Below, one piece after another: positions 47,179 to 56,763 of a stretch of DNA of 64,000 bases. Source of the stretch: an uncultured Bacteroidota bacterium (lineage in GTDB: Bacteria; CLD3; SB21). How positions within the stretch are numbered: the first letter of the stretch is position 1; each line of letters starts with the position of its first letter. The notes beneath the pieces were generated by a model. The model was not told the DNA's origin, ran no database searches, and saw only the letters and a program-made list of their open reading frames with translations. Position numbers and translations under genes: made by a program. The stretch is taken from NCBI GenBank assembly GCA_964544475.1, contig CAZJBS010000006.1, positions 106,951 through 170,950 on the forward strand, in the 5' to 3' direction.

Positions 47179-48333
47179 TTGAATCTCCCTTTTGAATTCA
47201 CCCGTGAAGAGCTTGAACTGCGCGATTTAGTGCGCGCGTTTTCCAGGAACGAAATTGCGCCGGTCGCTGGTACATTGGATATCAGCTCGGAATTCCCACA
47301 TGACAACGTGCGAAAAATGGCTGATCACGGATGGTGTGGCATTCCCTTTTCGAGAGAATATGGCGGGCTTGGTTTGAGCACCGTCGCCTATTGCCTCGCA
47401 GTGATCGAATTGTCCAAGGTCTGTGCCTCTCATGGCATCACGATCGCCGCGCACACCGGCATCGGTTGCGGACCGATCAACTTACTTGGAACCCACGAAC
47501 AAAAGAAAAAATATCTTGAACCCCTTGCCCAGGGCCGGATGCTGGCTTCTTTCGGGCTGACCGAGCCGGGCGCCGGATCCGACGCGGGTGGTACCAAGAC
47601 GACGGCCGAACGCCGCAATGACCACTATGTCGTCAATGGTTCAAAGATCTTCATCACCAGCGCCGGGTATGCCGGTGTGTTTGTCATCACGGCGGTGACC
47701 GACAAATCCAAGGGTAAGGCCGGCATCAGCTCCTTTATCGTCGAAAGAGATTTTCCTGGTTTTATCGTCGGAAAGAAGGAAAACAAAATGGGCTGGCGTT
47801 CATCCGATACGCGTATGCTGCATTTTGAAAACATGCGCGTTCCTCGTGAAAATCTCCTTGGAAAAGAGGGTGAAGGCCTGAGAGGATTTCTCAAGGTACT
47901 GGACGGTGGCCGAGTGGGCATGGCGGCCCTGTCATTGGGTATTGCCATCGGAGCCTATGAGGAGGCTCTGGCTTATGCAAGGACGCGGAAGCAATTTGAC
48001 CGTGCCATTGCCGACAATCAGGCCATCCAGTTTTACCTTGCCGATATGGCTCTCGGCATTGAAAGCGGCTGGCATCTCGTCCTGCATGCCGCACGACTGA
48101 AAGACGCGGGCCGCCCCTATTCCAAAGAAGCGGCCATGGCCAAGTTGTCGACCTCAGAACTGGCCATGCAGACGACCATCAAAGCCATTCAGATTCTGGG
48201 CGCCGCCGGTTGTACAGATCGCCACAATTCCGAGCGGTTTTTCCGAGACGCCAAGATTTGTGAGATTGGCGAGGGCACGTCCGAAATTCAGCGCCTCGTC
48301 ATTGCCCGCCACATTCTTCAGCAGGTGCTATGA
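47179..48333 (+). CDS. Acyl-CoA dehydrogenase
   Basis: 384 aa with FGLTEPGAGSDAGGTKTTAE and C-terminal EIGEGTSEIQR motifs. The start is TTG per the ORF track, with a good N-terminal match to the family (MNLPFEFTREELELRDLV). Confidence 0.9.
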   Translation: MNLPFEFTREELELRDLVRAFSRNEIAPVAGTLDISSEFPHDNVRKMADHGWCGIPFSREYGGLGLSTVAYCLAVIELSKVCASHGITIAAHTGIGCGPINLLGTHEQKKKYLEPLAQGRMLASFGLTEPGAGSDAGGTKTTAERRNDHYVVNGSKIFITSAGYAGVFVITAVTDKSKGKAGISSFIVERDFPGFIVGKKENKMGWRSSDTRMLHFENMRVPRENLLGKEGEGLRGFLKVLDGGRVGMAALSLGIAIGAYEEALAYARTRKQFDRAIADNQAIQFYLADMALGIESGWHLVLHAARLKDAGRPYSKEAAMAKLSTSELAMQTTIKAIQILGAAGCTDRHNSERFFRDAKICEIGEGTSEIQRLVIARHILQQVL

Positions 48334-50720
48334 TCATGCCAGCCAGGACGGCACGGGGTCTCTCTAAACTGATAGCCCGATTCCTTCTGAACAGGGATCA
48401 TTTGACCGTACGAACCATCCTGATTTTGGCGCTGATCGTCGGCCCGGTGCTCCTGTTTCCGGGAAATGAGTTCACCCAGTATTCCGAATACAAAGTCGGG
48501 ACATTTTCGCCCCAGGAAGTGCGTGCGCCATTCACGTTTCCGGTATACAAGAGCCAGGATCAGCTGGAGACCGAACGTCGGGATGCCGAAGGCCTGGTCG
48601 CGCCGGTATTTGACCGCAACAACGACGTGCCGAAACTGCAGCTGGCTTCCCTCGACGAATTGATGACATTTGTGCATCAAATCCGCAACACACCCAAGCC
48701 ATTCGGATACACCGATAACGAAGGCAAAGCCCAGACCTACGTCCCTCAAACGTTTGATTCTCTTAAGACGATCATGAGCAAACGGTTTGCCATCAATATC
48801 GTCGAGGACCGGTGGCAATTCCTGCTGATCAAGGAAGTTTCGACCGACAATCTCATCCGTCCTGTTTCCCGCAAGGATTCATCCTTCCGAGTATTGGCCA
48901 AAACAAAAATTGGCAAATCCCTGACGACCGCTCAATTCCGTGAATTTGGATCGGATCTCGGCCGCATTCTCGGCGATCAGTTTGCACTGGGCATTATCAA
49001 TCTGGACAAGAATGATTTCAAAAGCCCCATCTCCCCGATCAACGTGCGCGACGGCAGTCACGAAACGACAGAGTTCATCAAGAACCTGAATGATATTGAC
49101 GAAGCCCGATACCGCGCGCAGGACATGCTGAAGACGTACTATCAGGACCAGCGTCTGGTCAATATCGGATACGAATTGCTGTCGAAATTTCTAACGCCCA
49201 ATGTCCTCTACAACGACTACGAGACCAAACGACGGCGAAGCGACGCCGTCAATACGGTGCCGCAAACCTTTGGATTTGTTCTGGCCGGAGACATCATCGT
49301 CAACAAGAACGAAACGGTCACCGCAACCATCCATCAGCAATTGAAGTCTCTGGAGTCGGCCTGGGCGGAGAAACGCAGCCTGGAAGGCGGCGTGGCATGG
49401 ATACTCCCGTATGTTGGCCGTGGACTACTCGTCCTTTCCATGATGTTCTTTCTTCTGGCCTACCTTATCTTCGGCCGCCGCGACATCATTGAAAACGTGC
49501 AGAAATTATCCCTGCTTGTCATTCTGGTACTTCTGGAACTGGTCTTCTATTACGTTTTCGTCCATATTTTCGATTTCCCTGTTTTTGTTATTCCTATCGT
49601 GCTGTGTTCCGTTCTTCTGACCACGCTCTTCGATGTCCGCCTCGGTTTTATCGGAACGGCGTCGATTTCATTCCTGATCGGGGCCATGCAAGGCAATGAG
49701 TACACGACGACGATTGTGCTGTTGTTTGTGGGATCGATAGCAAGTTTGACGGTCGTCAATTTCAGCCGGCGCCGCCACGTGTTCAATTCGATTCTCTGGG
49801 TCTCCCTGGCCTACATCTTCATTATCGTGACCACCAGCTTTGTCAAATACAACGATTTTACAGATATCTTCACGAGAGACCTGCCTTACGCCATTGGCAG
49901 CGGTATTCTCTCCATGCTGTTTGCTTTCGGTTTTTTGGTTCTTTTTGAATCCATTTTTGATGTCTGCACGACATTCACTCTTCTGGAATTGTCCGATTCG
50001 AACCACCCTCTCCTTCAGCAACTGGCCATCAAGGCCCCGGGCACTTATCATCATAGCATCATCGTGAGCAATCTGGCCAAAGCCGGCGCCGAAGCCATCG
50101 GAGGGAATTCCCTCCTGGCGCGTGTCGGGTCGTTATACCACGACATTGGCAAAATGGACATGCCCGAATATTTTGTTGAGAATCAGATCACCGGAAATAA
50201 CAAACACGACACGCTGACGCCTCGCATGAGCGCCATGGTGCTGATCAGCCATGTCAAAGTGGGCGGCGAACTGGCCGAGAAATACCGCTTACCAAAGGCG
50301 ATCCGCAACTTCATTCCGGAACATCATGGCGAGCAACTGATCACTTTTTTCTACCACAAAGCCCTCGAGACCAATGGCGCAAACGAAACGATTGATGCCG
50401 CCGATTTCCGGTACCCCGGACCCAGGCCGAAATCCAAGGAATCCGGCATTCTAATGCTCGCCGATGGCGTCGAAGCCGCCACTCATTCGATCAAAGATCC
50501 GACCGCCTCCAATATCCGTGCCATGGTACACTCTATCTTCGACAACCGCCTTGAAACCGGGGCATTGGATGATTGTGAACTGACCATTGGTGAATTGAAA
50601 AAAGTCGAAGAAGCCTTCATCCCCATTCTGCTTGGTATTCATCACGTCCGTGTCGAATACCCCGGACAGGAAGAAGTGCTCCGCCAGGATGCCAGTCTCG
50701 AGCCGGCCACCATGGGTTGA
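48330..50720 (+). CDS. 7TM receptor with intracellular HD hydrolase (7TMR-HDED + HD/HDIG; PgpH/YqfF-like phosphodiesterase)
   Basis: 796 aa. Extracellular N-terminal domain, 7 TM helices, C-terminal HD domain (HHSIIVSNLAKAGAEAIG...SLYHDIGKM). Start overlaps the ACAD stop (ATGA). Confidence 0.88.
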   Translation: MIMPARTARGLSKLIARFLLNRDHLTVRTILILALIVGPVLLFPGNEFTQYSEYKVGTFSPQEVRAPFTFPVYKSQDQLETERRDAEGLVAPVFDRNNDVPKLQLASLDELMTFVHQIRNTPKPFGYTDNEGKAQTYVPQTFDSLKTIMSKRFAINIVEDRWQFLLIKEVSTDNLIRPVSRKDSSFRVLAKTKIGKSLTTAQFREFGSDLGRILGDQFALGIINLDKNDFKSPISPINVRDGSHETTEFIKNLNDIDEARYRAQDMLKTYYQDQRLVNIGYELLSKFLTPNVLYNDYETKRRRSDAVNTVPQTFGFVLAGDIIVNKNETVTATIHQQLKSLESAWAEKRSLEGGVAWILPYVGRGLLVLSMMFFLLAYLIFGRRDIIENVQKLSLLVILVLLELVFYYVFVHIFDFPVFVIPIVLCSVLLTTLFDVRLGFIGTASISFLIGAMQGNEYTTTIVLLFVGSIASLTVVNFSRRRHVFNSILWVSLAYIFIIVTTSFVKYNDFTDIFTRDLPYAIGSGILSMLFAFGFLVLFESIFDVCTTFTLLELSDSNHPLLQQLAIKAPGTYHHSIIVSNLAKAGAEAIGGNSLLARVGSLYHDIGKMDMPEYFVENQITGNNKHDTLTPRMSAMVLISHVKVGGELAEKYRLPKAIRNFIPEHHGEQLITFFYHKALETNGANETIDAADFRYPGPRPKSKESGILMLADGVEAATHSIKDPTASNIRAMVHSIFDNRLETGALDDCELTIGELKKVEEAFIPILLGIHHVRVEYPGQEEVLRQDASLEPATMG

Positions 50721-51139
50721 ATATGGCGGCCGTTATCGTTTCCAAACACTCCGTCCATCGCCGCATTCCGGTTTCCAAAATCCGACGTTTGGTTCGTCTC
50801 ATTCACCGTGCCGAATCGCGAAAACCGATGGGTGAAATATCCGTGCAGTTGTTTGATAACGCCGGTATTCGCCGTCTTAACCGGGCATTTCTGGGTCACA
50901 ATTATGCCACCGACGTCATCGCTTTTGATCTGGGCGATGGAAGCGCTGTTGAAGGCGAGATATGCGTCGGCGCTGATATGGCGTTTCGACAAGCCCGTGA
51001 ATTCGGAGTTACTTTTTCAAATGAGATTCTTCGGTTGGTTGCCCACGGTTTCCTTCACATACTCGGCCATGATGACGCGACGCCGCGGCAACGTAACGCC
51101 ATGTTGAGACTGGGTGAACAATATCTGAACCTCTTATGA
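50717..51139 (+). CDS. ybeY: rRNA maturation endoribonuclease YbeY
   Basis: 140 aa with the HGFLHILGHDD zinc-binding motif. The pgpH-ybeY order is conserved as in Firmicutes. Confidence 0.9.
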   Translation: MNMAAVIVSKHSVHRRIPVSKIRRLVRLIHRAESRKPMGEISVQLFDNAGIRRLNRAFLGHNYATDVIAFDLGDGSAVEGEICVGADMAFRQAREFGVTFSNEILRLVAHGFLHILGHDDATPRQRNAMLRLGEQYLNLL

Positions 51140-52005
51140 CTGCCAACATGAATTTTCCGTTTTCTCCGACCACACGCTCGCAATTGCGCGATGCCCTGCA
51201 TGAAGATGTCAAATCAGGGGACATTACAACACTGGGTACGGTGCCAGCCGACAGGTCCGGCAAGGCGGGTCTTTTTGCCAAATCCCCGGGCGTGCTGTGC
51301 GGGCAAAGTGTATTCGACGAAATCTTTCGCATGGTGGATGAAGCTGTGACCGTGTCCTGGCTCGTGACCGAAGGCCACTCCGTCGAGGCCGGCTTGACCT
51401 GCGCCGACATCCAGGGCCCTCTTTCCTCCATTCTCGTGGCTGAGCGTACCGCGCTCAATTTCCTGCAACGCTTGAGCGGTATTGCTACGCTAACCAGAAA
51501 ATACGTGCAGCGTGTCGCCCACACACGCTGCCGCGTTCTCGACACGCGCAAAACGACGCCCTTGTGGCGTGAACTGGAAAAATACGCCGTGACCGTCGGA
51601 GGGGGTCTGAATCACCGGATGGGTCTGTATGATGCTTTTCTCATCAAAGACAACCACATCGCGGCTGCCGGGGGCATCCGTAATGCCGTCGAACAAGCCC
51701 TGTCCTACCGCGAGGAGAATGGACTTCGCTGTCCTATCGAAATCGAAGTCAGGAATCTCGAAGAAGTCAAAGAGGCATTGAATTTTCCAATTGATCGCAT
51801 TATGTTGGATAACATGAATTTGACAGCCATGCGCAGCGCGGTCGAATTGATCGATCACGCTTGCGAGGTGGAAGCCTCTGGTGGAGTCTCCATTGATACG
51901 GTACAAGCCATGGCCGAGACCGGTGTCGACTTCATTTCAGTCGGTTCGCTGACCCACTCGGCCCCGGCGCTTGACATATCCCTTTTGATCGCCAACGCAG
52001 GATAA
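51136..52005 (+). CDS. nadC: Nicotinate-nucleotide pyrophosphorylase (carboxylating) / quinolinate phosphoribosyltransferase
   Basis: 289 aa with TRKTTPLWR and IMLDNMN motifs and a TIM-barrel C-terminal domain. Confidence 0.9.
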   Translation: MTANMNFPFSPTTRSQLRDALHEDVKSGDITTLGTVPADRSGKAGLFAKSPGVLCGQSVFDEIFRMVDEAVTVSWLVTEGHSVEAGLTCADIQGPLSSILVAERTALNFLQRLSGIATLTRKYVQRVAHTRCRVLDTRKTTPLWRELEKYAVTVGGGLNHRMGLYDAFLIKDNHIAAAGGIRNAVEQALSYREENGLRCPIEIEVRNLEEVKEALNFPIDRIMLDNMNLTAMRSAVELIDHACEVEASGGVSIDTVQAMAETGVDFISVGSLTHSAPALDISLLIANAG

Positions 52006-52011
52006 AACGCC

Positions 52012-52665
52012 ATGGGAAAGAAAGTTGTTACCGAAAGAATGGTTGTGGCCGCCGGCGCCGGTGGCACGATTGAAATTCAAAAGAACACGATCATCACCCC
52101 CTCGGCGCGCGACAAAGCCAGGCAAATGAAAGTTACGTTCCGCTCGGCCTTGCCCAATACATCCACCACGTCCACAACCGCCATGGCCGCCGCCAAACCA
52201 GGATCCGATCGGAAGATCGCCCTTGGCGCCGACCACGGCGGATACGCGCTCAAACAACAATTAAAAACCCTGTTGGTATCACTGGACTACCAGGTCATCG
52301 ATGTGGGCACCGATTCGGCTACGGCCGTGGATTATCCCGACTTTGCGCAGGCCGTTGCACGGCATGTTGCCAATGGCGACTGCGCCAGGGGCATCATGAT
52401 CGACGGCGCCGGCATCGGATCAAACATGGCGGCTAACAAGATTCCCGGCGTACGCGCGGCCATGTGCTACGACATCACGTCCGCGGTCAACAGCCGTGAA
52501 CACAACGATGCCAATGTCCTCACCTTGGGAGCGAGACTGATCGGCGATCTGGTCGCCGAACAGATTGTCAAAGTGTGGTTGAATACGGCTTTTGCGGGCG
52601 GCCGCCATCAGGCGCGGGTGGACAAAATCATGGAAATAGAAAAGAAATTCCTCAAAGGGTCATGA
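52012..52665 (+). CDS. rpiB: Ribose-5-phosphate isomerase B (RpiB/LacAB family) with an unusual ~70-aa N-terminal extension
   Basis: The C-terminal ~150 aa is canonical RpiB (KIALGADHGGYALK...GIGSNMAANKIPGVRAA). The N-terminus MGKKVVTERMVVAAGAGGTIEIQKNTIITPSARDKARQMKV is followed by a Ser/Thr-rich linker (NTSTTSTTAMAAA); this part is not RpiB. Confidence 0.8.
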   Translation: MGKKVVTERMVVAAGAGGTIEIQKNTIITPSARDKARQMKVTFRSALPNTSTTSTTAMAAAKPGSDRKIALGADHGGYALKQQLKTLLVSLDYQVIDVGTDSATAVDYPDFAQAVARHVANGDCARGIMIDGAGIGSNMAANKIPGVRAAMCYDITSAVNSREHNDANVLTLGARLIGDLVAEQIVKVWLNTAFAGGRHQARVDKIMEIEKKFLKGS

Positions 52666-53784
52666 GGCGACCGGCGTCGTGATCGCAACCGCCTCAACGA
52701 TTTTCAGATCATAGCCCTCCAGTCCGACATATTTTTTGGAGTTATTCGTGATCAGCCGTATGCTGCGCACGCCCAAATCCACCAGGATTTGCGAACCCAC
52801 GCCCAATGTTCGCCAGTCTTTTTCCGTATCCTGCGTGTGGTGACTGGTCAGTGACGACACATCTTCCGGCGGGTACAGGCCCAGGCCCCGGCTGTCGTGA
52901 CCCCGAAGAAACAACAACACGCCCCGACCCTCCTTTTCGATCATCCGAAGACAATTGGCCACCTTGACCTGCTGGTCAAAATACGTTGACCCGAATACAT
53001 CCGCCATCAGACTGTGCGAATGGACGCGCACGAGCACGGGTTCGGCCGTTCGAACATGGCCTTTGGTAACGGCTATATGTTGGTCACCATTCAGAATATT
53101 TTCATAGACGGACACGGAAAAATGTCCAAACTCGCTTGGCAATTCGATGTCCCCTGCCACCTGCCGAATGAATTTTTCCCGGCGGAGTCGATGGTTGATC
53201 AGGTCCTTGATCGTGATGATCCGCAGGTCAAATTGGCGCGCCAGATCAAGCAGCCTCGGCACCCGCGCCATGCTGCCGTCGTCATCCATGATTTCACACA
53301 GCACGCCGGCCGGATAAAGCCCCGCCAGTCTCGCCAGGTCGATCGTCGCCTCTGTATGACCGCTTCGTTCAAGAACGCCGCCCTCTTTGGCGATCAGAGG
53401 AAACACATGACCCGGCCTCGCCAGGTCGTCCGGTTTGCTTTGCGGATCGATGACCGTCAGAATCGTCCTTGCCCGGTCCGAAGCCGAAATGCCCGTACTG
53501 GTACCGTGCCGGGCGTCGATGCTGATCGTGAAGGACGTGGCGTGCAGGGCCGTGTTGTTACTCACCATGAAGTTCAGGTCCAGTTCTTCCGCACGCCGCG
53601 GCGAAATGGCCATGCATACCAGTCCGCGTCCGTATTTCGCCATGAAGTTGATGGCATCGGGCGTTACTTTTTCCGCCGCCATGATGAAATCGCCTTCGTT
53701 TTCGCGATCTTCGTCGTCCACGACAATAACAATGCGGCCCTCGCGATAATCCTTGATCGCGTCCTCTATGTGGTCAAACGGCAT
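52660..53784 (-). CDS. ribBA: Bifunctional 3,4-dihydroxy-2-butanone-4-phosphate synthase / GTP cyclohydrolase II
   Basis: Start placed at MPFDHIEDAIKDYREGR (DHBP synthase N-terminus, RENEGD). The GTP cyclohydrolase II domain follows. The ORF-track N-terminal extension to 53946 overlaps ribE and is rejected. Confidence 0.9.
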   Translation of the reverse strand: MPFDHIEDAIKDYREGRIVIVVDDEDRENEGDFIMAAEKVTPDAINFMAKYGRGLVCMAISPRRAEELDLNFMVSNNTALHATSFTISIDARHGTSTGISASDRARTILTVIDPQSKPDDLARPGHVFPLIAKEGGVLERSGHTEATIDLARLAGLYPAGVLCEIMDDDGSMARVPRLLDLARQFDLRIITIKDLINHRLRREKFIRQVAGDIELPSEFGHFSVSVYENILNGDQHIAVTKGHVRTAEPVLVRVHSHSLMADVFGSTYFDQQVKVANCLRMIEKEGRGVLLFLRGHDSRGLGLYPPEDVSSLTSHHTQDTEKDWRTLGVGSQILVDLGVRSIRLITNNSKKYVGLEGYDLKIVEAVAITTPVAS

Positions 53785-53810
53785 CGGGTCTTTCCTCGAC
53801 TTTGAATGAT

Positions 53811-54446
53811 TCAGTATCCCCTGTCTCTGAGCCATTCTTCTGTGATGGTTGGTCCTGAAGGTTTGATAAACATTTTTTCGACGTACTTTGCGATCATGTC
53901 GACTTCCACATTGACCGGATCTCCGGCCCTTCGTCTGGAAAAGCATGTCACTTCCCAGGTGTGTGGAATAATGGAGACGGCGACATGGTTCTGGTTGATT
54001 TCCGCCACCGTGAGGCTGATGCCATCCAGCGCGATGGACCCGACGTGGATGACATACTTCGTCAATTCGATGGGAATTTCAGTCGTGACCCACCAACTGG
54101 CCGATCGTTTCTCCACCGATTGGATGCGTCCAACGCCATCCACATGGCCAAGCACGAGGTGACCGCCAAGGCGATCCGACCACTTCATGGCCCGTTCCAG
54201 GTTCACTTCCTGTCCAACCTTCAAACCTCCCAACGTCGTCTTCTTGAGGGTTTCCTCCACCACCTCGACGGCAAACGCCCCGGTCATGCGGCGAACCACC
54301 GTCAGGCAACATCCATTGACGGCGACGCTTGAATCCACGGCCAGATCATCCATAACCCGGCTGGCGGCAACCTCCATGCGCAGGCCGTGCCCCAACGGTT
54401 CCAAAGCGCGAATAACGCCTTTTTCCTCGATCAGTCCGGTGAACAT
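53811..54446 (-). CDS. ribE: Riboflavin synthase (alpha subunit)
   Basis: 211 aa starting MFTGLIEEKG, with duplicated lumazine-binding repeats (VNGCCLTV / LDGISLTV). Confidence 0.9.
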   Translation of the reverse strand: MFTGLIEEKGVIRALEPLGHGLRMEVAASRVMDDLAVDSSVAVNGCCLTVVRRMTGAFAVEVVEETLKKTTLGGLKVGQEVNLERAMKWSDRLGGHLVLGHVDGVGRIQSVEKRSASWWVTTEIPIELTKYVIHVGSIALDGISLTVAEINQNHVAVSIIPHTWEVTCFSRRRAGDPVNVEVDMIAKYVEKMFIKPSGPTITEEWLRDRGY

Positions 54447-54447
54447 G

Positions 54448-54765
54448 TCATTCCTTGATGACCACAGCGGTTCCAGTCGCCGTAACCATCAGCATGCTTT
54501 GACCGATGGTCTCATAGTCAATGTCGACACCGATCACGGCGTTGGCTCCCAACCCGCGGGCCTGCTCCTCCATTTCCTGAACCGCAATGGCTTTCGCCTT
54601 GCGCAATTCCTCCTCGTACGCCGCCGATCTCCCACCGACGATATCGCGGATACCCGCAAAAAAATCCCTGAAAATATTGGCGCCAAGTATGGCCTCCCCC
54701 CCAACCAATCCGTGGTAGGTCGCGATCGTTCTTCCTTCGATATGGTGCGTCGTCGTGATCAGCAT
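54448..54765 (-). CDS. YbjQ-family (UPF0145) protein
   Basis: 105 aa with ...[13 protein letters not shown]... typical of the YbjQ heavy-metal-binding-like family. One nucleotide upstream of ribE. Confidence 0.7.
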   Translation of the reverse strand: MLITTTHHIEGRTIATYHGLVGGEAILGANIFRDFFAGIRDIVGGRSAAYEEELRKAKAIAVQEMEEQARGLGANAVIGVDIDYETIGQSMLMVTATGTAVVIKE

Positions 54766-54791
54766 AAGCCTCCCGTGTTTGAGAATCCGTT

Positions 54792-54974
54792 CTAGCCTCG
54801 GACGTAGCGGTTGTAAAGGTCCTGCAATTTCCTGGCGGCCGAGGAATCCAAATCTTCATCATCCTTGACACGCCGTACGATTCGCTTGAATTCATCCTCA
54901 TCGGCGGGCTTCAATTTCCCGCCAGCGTAATACTCGATATCCTCGCACATCCTTTTGACCTCACTGTACGTCAT
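54792..54974 (-). CDS. Small acidic hypothetical protein (60 aa)
   Basis: [60 protein letters not shown]. The ORF-track version is extended over the DoxX gene; the shorter form abuts the DoxX stop. Confidence 0.35.
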   Translation of the reverse strand: MTYSEVKRMCEDIEYYAGGKLKPADEDEFKRIVRRVKDDEDLDSSAARKLQDLYNRYVRG

Positions 54975-54976
54975 GA

Positions 54977-55387
54977 CTAGTCTCCGTGTTTCTTGACCAG
55001 GCTTTCGAGAGACCACGGCCCGCTGCCGCTGAAAAGCGTCCCGATCGACAGCGCCAGCATTTGAATGGCGTGTTCGGTTTGACCAAAAGGGTCGTTCCGA
55101 TGGGCGACAAAAATGGCCACGAGCATATCGATAATCAGGAAGAGGCTCGCCTGTCTTGTCAGCAGCCCCAATCCAATCATGACCCCTCCAAAAAATTCTG
55201 CGCCTCCGGACAGGTAGACACTGATCTGTGGAAATGGAATTCCCCACGCCGCAAAGGCATCGATGGCCCTGCCCGTTCCGCCGGGAGCCCAGAGTTTCAA
55301 GTACCCGTGATAGACAAACACGAGCGCCGTCCCCAATCGCAGGAACAAAATGCCCTTTGTACTGTGCTGTTGAAAAAAACGAAACAT
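54977..55387 (-). CDS. DoxX-family membrane protein
   Basis: 136 aa with four TM segments and the GILFLRLGTALVFVYHGYLK DoxX signature. Confidence 0.75.
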   Translation of the reverse strand: MFRFFQQHSTKGILFLRLGTALVFVYHGYLKLWAPGGTGRAIDAFAAWGIPFPQISVYLSGGAEFFGGVMIGLGLLTRQASLFLIIDMLVAIFVAHRNDPFGQTEHAIQMLALSIGTLFSGSGPWSLESLVKKHGD

Positions 55388-55397
55388 CCGATCTCCT

Positions 55398-56756
55398 TTA
55401 GAAGTTGCAGTACGCGGTTAACAATGGCATCGAAGAGGCATGATGGCGTTTTCCCGGAATAACAAATTGGACCAGTCCCGGCATGAAGAAACCGAAATCC
55501 GTGCTGTCGCTGCGGTGGGAGACCGTCCGGGCGTCCCGGGCAAATGTCCGATAGGTGGCGGTAAAGCCGACGACGGCGCCGGCGGCCGCTGAGACGGGAT
55601 ACGCACTGCCGCCCTTCGGGGCGCCAGCCAGGTACGCCAAACCCAAGCCGGTAAACGCGCCGGCGAGTTGGGCAAGATTGATCAATACGCCCTGGCCGGT
55701 CGAGAAGTCCTTCCCCTGGATCAAATAATGTCCCACGCCCACGCCGGCCATGGTACCGAAACCACTCAGCATGGCGGAGGCTTTATCGCCGGGATGTCCA
55801 ACATCAGCGATCGACGGCGGTACGGTGGCGCCCAGAATACCCACGGCACCCATCACATACGCGTCCCCTCGACTGTATTCCTCTTTCCCCGACAGCCAGT
55901 ACCCGGCCGCATAACCCGACACACTCCCCGACAAAATCGCCGTCGCCGAGGCTCGGTTCCGGTCCTCAAGCCCCAACCCAATCATGGCGGAATAGCCGGT
56001 CCACAGTCCGAGGTCTCCGCCTATGCCGATGGCCTCCGATTTCCCTGCCGTCAGGTGTTGTGCACCAGCCAACCTCAGTCCTGCAATACCTTCTGTCAGA
56101 CTGGTCAAGACACTATAGCCAACCGCACGGCGATAGTCATAGTTGTTGCCGTGGATGAGGCTGTTCACGGCAAGACCGTGAATGATGCCACGCGTGGATC
56201 CATAGTAAAACATCGTGGCGTGGGCATCGGTGACCGCGTGTCTTCTTGTCATTTGATATGGCAGAATAAATCCGGAGGCCCCGATGAACATATAGGTGGC
56301 CAAGGCCGCCTTCTCGTTCTTGATATTGAGCGCTTCCGGTACCGCCCATCCATAGTAGCCCGTGGCCAATACCGTCGTTGTGATTATGAAACGTACCCTG
56401 CCTTCCTGGTTTTCCACTTCAGACTCAAGCGATCGGCGATACACGCTGACCCGCTGTCGAAGGCTCCGGATGTCATCCACAGACCACGTTTCACTCTGAC
56501 GCCAAATCAACGTGTCTTTTCGATAGTAAACATCCAAAACAAAACTTGAATCCGCTTTACGGAACAGCCGGGCCTCGACAAAAGAAGGGTATTCGGAAAA
56601 AATGCCCATGCGCTGCTTCATCTTTACAGTGATTACATCCACGCGGCCTTCCTCGTCAAAACACTCCACCACGTCCTGGCCCACGACCGAGCCGGCCACA
56701 ACCAGCCAGATCCACGGAAGAAGGAACCTACGTACGTCCTTCGCACGATCTCCCAT
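55398..56756 (-). CDS. Hypothetical Gly-rich membrane protein
   Basis: Start at MGDRAKDVRRFLLPWIWLVVAGSVVG (signal or TM). The C-terminal half is rich in small-xxx-small Gly motifs (GIGGDLGLWTGYSAMIGLGL, GAVGILGATV, AGVGVGHYL). No family is recognised. The ORF-track start at 56999 is an over-extension. Confidence 0.45.
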   Translation of the reverse strand: MGDRAKDVRRFLLPWIWLVVAGSVVGQDVVECFDEEGRVDVITVKMKQRMGIFSEYPSFVEARLFRKADSSFVLDVYYRKDTLIWRQSETWSVDDIRSLRQRVSVYRRSLESEVENQEGRVRFIITTTVLATGYYGWAVPEALNIKNEKAALATYMFIGASGFILPYQMTRRHAVTDAHATMFYYGSTRGIIHGLAVNSLIHGNNYDYRRAVGYSVLTSLTEGIAGLRLAGAQHLTAGKSEAIGIGGDLGLWTGYSAMIGLGLEDRNRASATAILSGSVSGYAAGYWLSGKEEYSRGDAYVMGAVGILGATVPPSIADVGHPGDKASAMLSGFGTMAGVGVGHYLIQGKDFSTGQGVLINLAQLAGAFTGLGLAYLAGAPKGGSAYPVSAAAGAVVGFTATYRTFARDARTVSHRSDSTDFGFFMPGLVQFVIPGKRHHASSMPLLTAYCNF

Positions 56757-56763
56757 GGACAAC

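Noticed and set aside
53014-53805. 263-aa plus-strand ORF
   Set aside because: Antisense to ribBA. H/R-rich junk composition.
55668-56549. 293-aa plus-strand ORF
   Set aside because: Antisense to the Gly-rich membrane protein gene.
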